Of a DNA stretch of 16,923 nucleotides, positions 15,969 through 16,923 are shown piece after piece. The position numbers and the translations under genes were made by a program. The DNA comes from Bdellovibrionales bacterium (GTDB lineage Bacteria > Bdellovibrionota > Bdellovibrionia > Bdellovibrionales > JAMPXM01). Within the stretch, counting starts at the first letter, position 1, and every line of letters starts with the position of its first letter. The notes below the pieces were generated by a model, which saw nothing but the letters and a program-made list of their open reading frames with translations, made no database searches and was not told where the DNA came from. The stretch spans positions 1-16,923 of the forward strand of contig JAYUEN010000172.1 in assembly GCA_043739185.1 (NCBI GenBank), read 5' to 3'.

Positions 15969-16901
15969 ATGAAATCCACCATAAATTACAAACTAAGAAT
16001 TGCTTTTAAATTGTTTTTTCTAGTTGCGACCATCGCTTCTCAAGGCTGCAGCCCAGGTGAAACCTATAGCTCTTCAAAAAATTTACTCAATCAAAGTGGC
16101 AGCTCCGCGGGCGCTGACGGCTCTGTCAATCCAAATCCCAGCGCAAACCCAACCAATCCCGTCAATGGCCCTTCTTGCTCTTGGCAATGGGCCGATGATT
16201 TTGCCCCACCAACGCCTATGAATCTTCGACCTCCTCTTAAGAATTTAAGTTGCACTCAAGCAAATGCAGGACAAAAACAAAATGTTATTGATGACTCTGC
16301 CGATTGGACATGCCTGTGTACTGCTCCGCCTGTATCAGCGCCCACGCCCTCACCAACACCACCCTCGGCCACACCAACGCCAACACCACCACCTTTAGCG
16401 GGTGCTGATTTGTGCGCCGGCCAAACAGTATATACGAGCACCCCGGTGGTAGCGGGCGGAAATGGCACTTTACAAAATACGAGAAGAGTAAGTGGCAATT
16501 GGTATAGTGATGCCAGAGATATACCTCCGGGCATGAGTCCCGGTGACATCGTGGTTATTCCATTTAATGTAGCGGCAACAGTAACTACACAAGGTAGGTT
16601 TCCCGACCAGATTAGCTTCAGTGATCAAGGCCCCAACAGAGCCGGTAGGTTGGTGACAGTATCTCAAAGAAGATGTGACTTTTCACCAAGTATTGCACTA
16701 TGGATTTCTGCGCCAGCCAATATTTATCCACTTGGAGGAAATTCATTCTCTGGCGTTTTCATTTTAAATGATACATCCGCAGCTCATGCTGGAATGACAA
16801 ATCTCACTACAGGTCAATGGTATATAAATGTCAAGTTACCAACTGGAAGTTGTCCCACAGGAGAAAAGTGTGATTTTGTAATGGACTATTATGGACTTTG
16901 A
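15969..16901 (+). CDS. Predicted lipoprotein 4: WADDF module + Pro/Thr linker + Cys-containing C-terminal domain
   Basis: ATG directly follows the gene 3 TAA; signal ending SQGC (Cys27); N-terminal ~48 codons closely similar to gene 3; module at 16176-16319. Confidence 0.87.
   Translation: MKSTINYKLRIAFKLFFLVATIASQGCSPGETYSSSKNLLNQSGSSAGADGSVNPNPSANPTNPVNGPSCSWQWADDFAPPTPMNLRPPLKNLSCTQANAGQKQNVIDDSADWTCLCTAPPVSAPTPSPTPPSATPTPTPPPLAGADLCAGQTVYTSTPVVAGGNGTLQNTRRVSGNWYSDARDIPPGMSPGDIVVIPFNVAATVTTQGRFPDQISFSDQGPNRAGRLVTVSQRRCDFSPSIALWISAPANIYPLGGNSFSGVFILNDTSAAHAGMTNLTTGQWYINVKLPTGSCPTGEKCDFVMDYYGL
16176..16319 (+). repeat. WADDF module copy 4
   Basis: CSWQWADDFAPPTPMNLRPPLKNLSCTQANAGQKQNVIDDSADWTCLC. 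Confidence 0.95.
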
Positions 16902-16923
16902 ATTAGAAAAATACCAAAAAGAA

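Noticed and set aside
822..16667. Short alternative-frame and antisense ORFs in the track (e.g. 822-1091, 2458-2691, 4136-4417, 14110-14526, 16256-16549)
   Set aside because: They lie within or across well-supported genes and show no recognisable motifs. The Gly-Val runs are simply antisense of the Thr-Pro linkers.
8436..16901. Diversity-generating retroelement (Avd-like remnants plus repeated modules as TR/VR)
   Set aside because: No reverse transcriptase in the window. All four module copies are in-frame coding sequence, and their differences involve all bases and are largely synonymous rather than adenine-specific.

Overview
Bacterial chromosomal window. The Q-x-C lipoprotein signals, the stand-alone LuxR protein and the general gene style suggest a Bdellovibrionota-like organism (inference, not searched). 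Left to right: (1) a padR / DUF1700 / DUF4097 envelope-stress-type operon on +; (2) a minus-strand run of mutS, glnD, a LuxR-type regulator and an acyl-CoA thioesterase; (3) a ~500 bp scar at 8340-8840 holding two truncated four-helix-bundle genes fused back to back, the left one followed by degenerate 7-mer repeats; (4) a minus-strand operon of NUDIX, GNAT and a DUF3857/transglutaminase-like gene; (5) a TPR-like putative regulator, an AT-rich spacer, and a tandem array of four predicted lipoproteins. The array is the most striking feature. All four proteins carry the same 48-aa, four-cysteine 'WADDF' module (33/48 positions invariant), which I do not recognise. Pro/Thr linkers join it to different head domains: a DUF5648-like domain in gene 1 and three strongly diverged homologous domains in genes 2-4. 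Family names come from motif recognition only; no database search was run.
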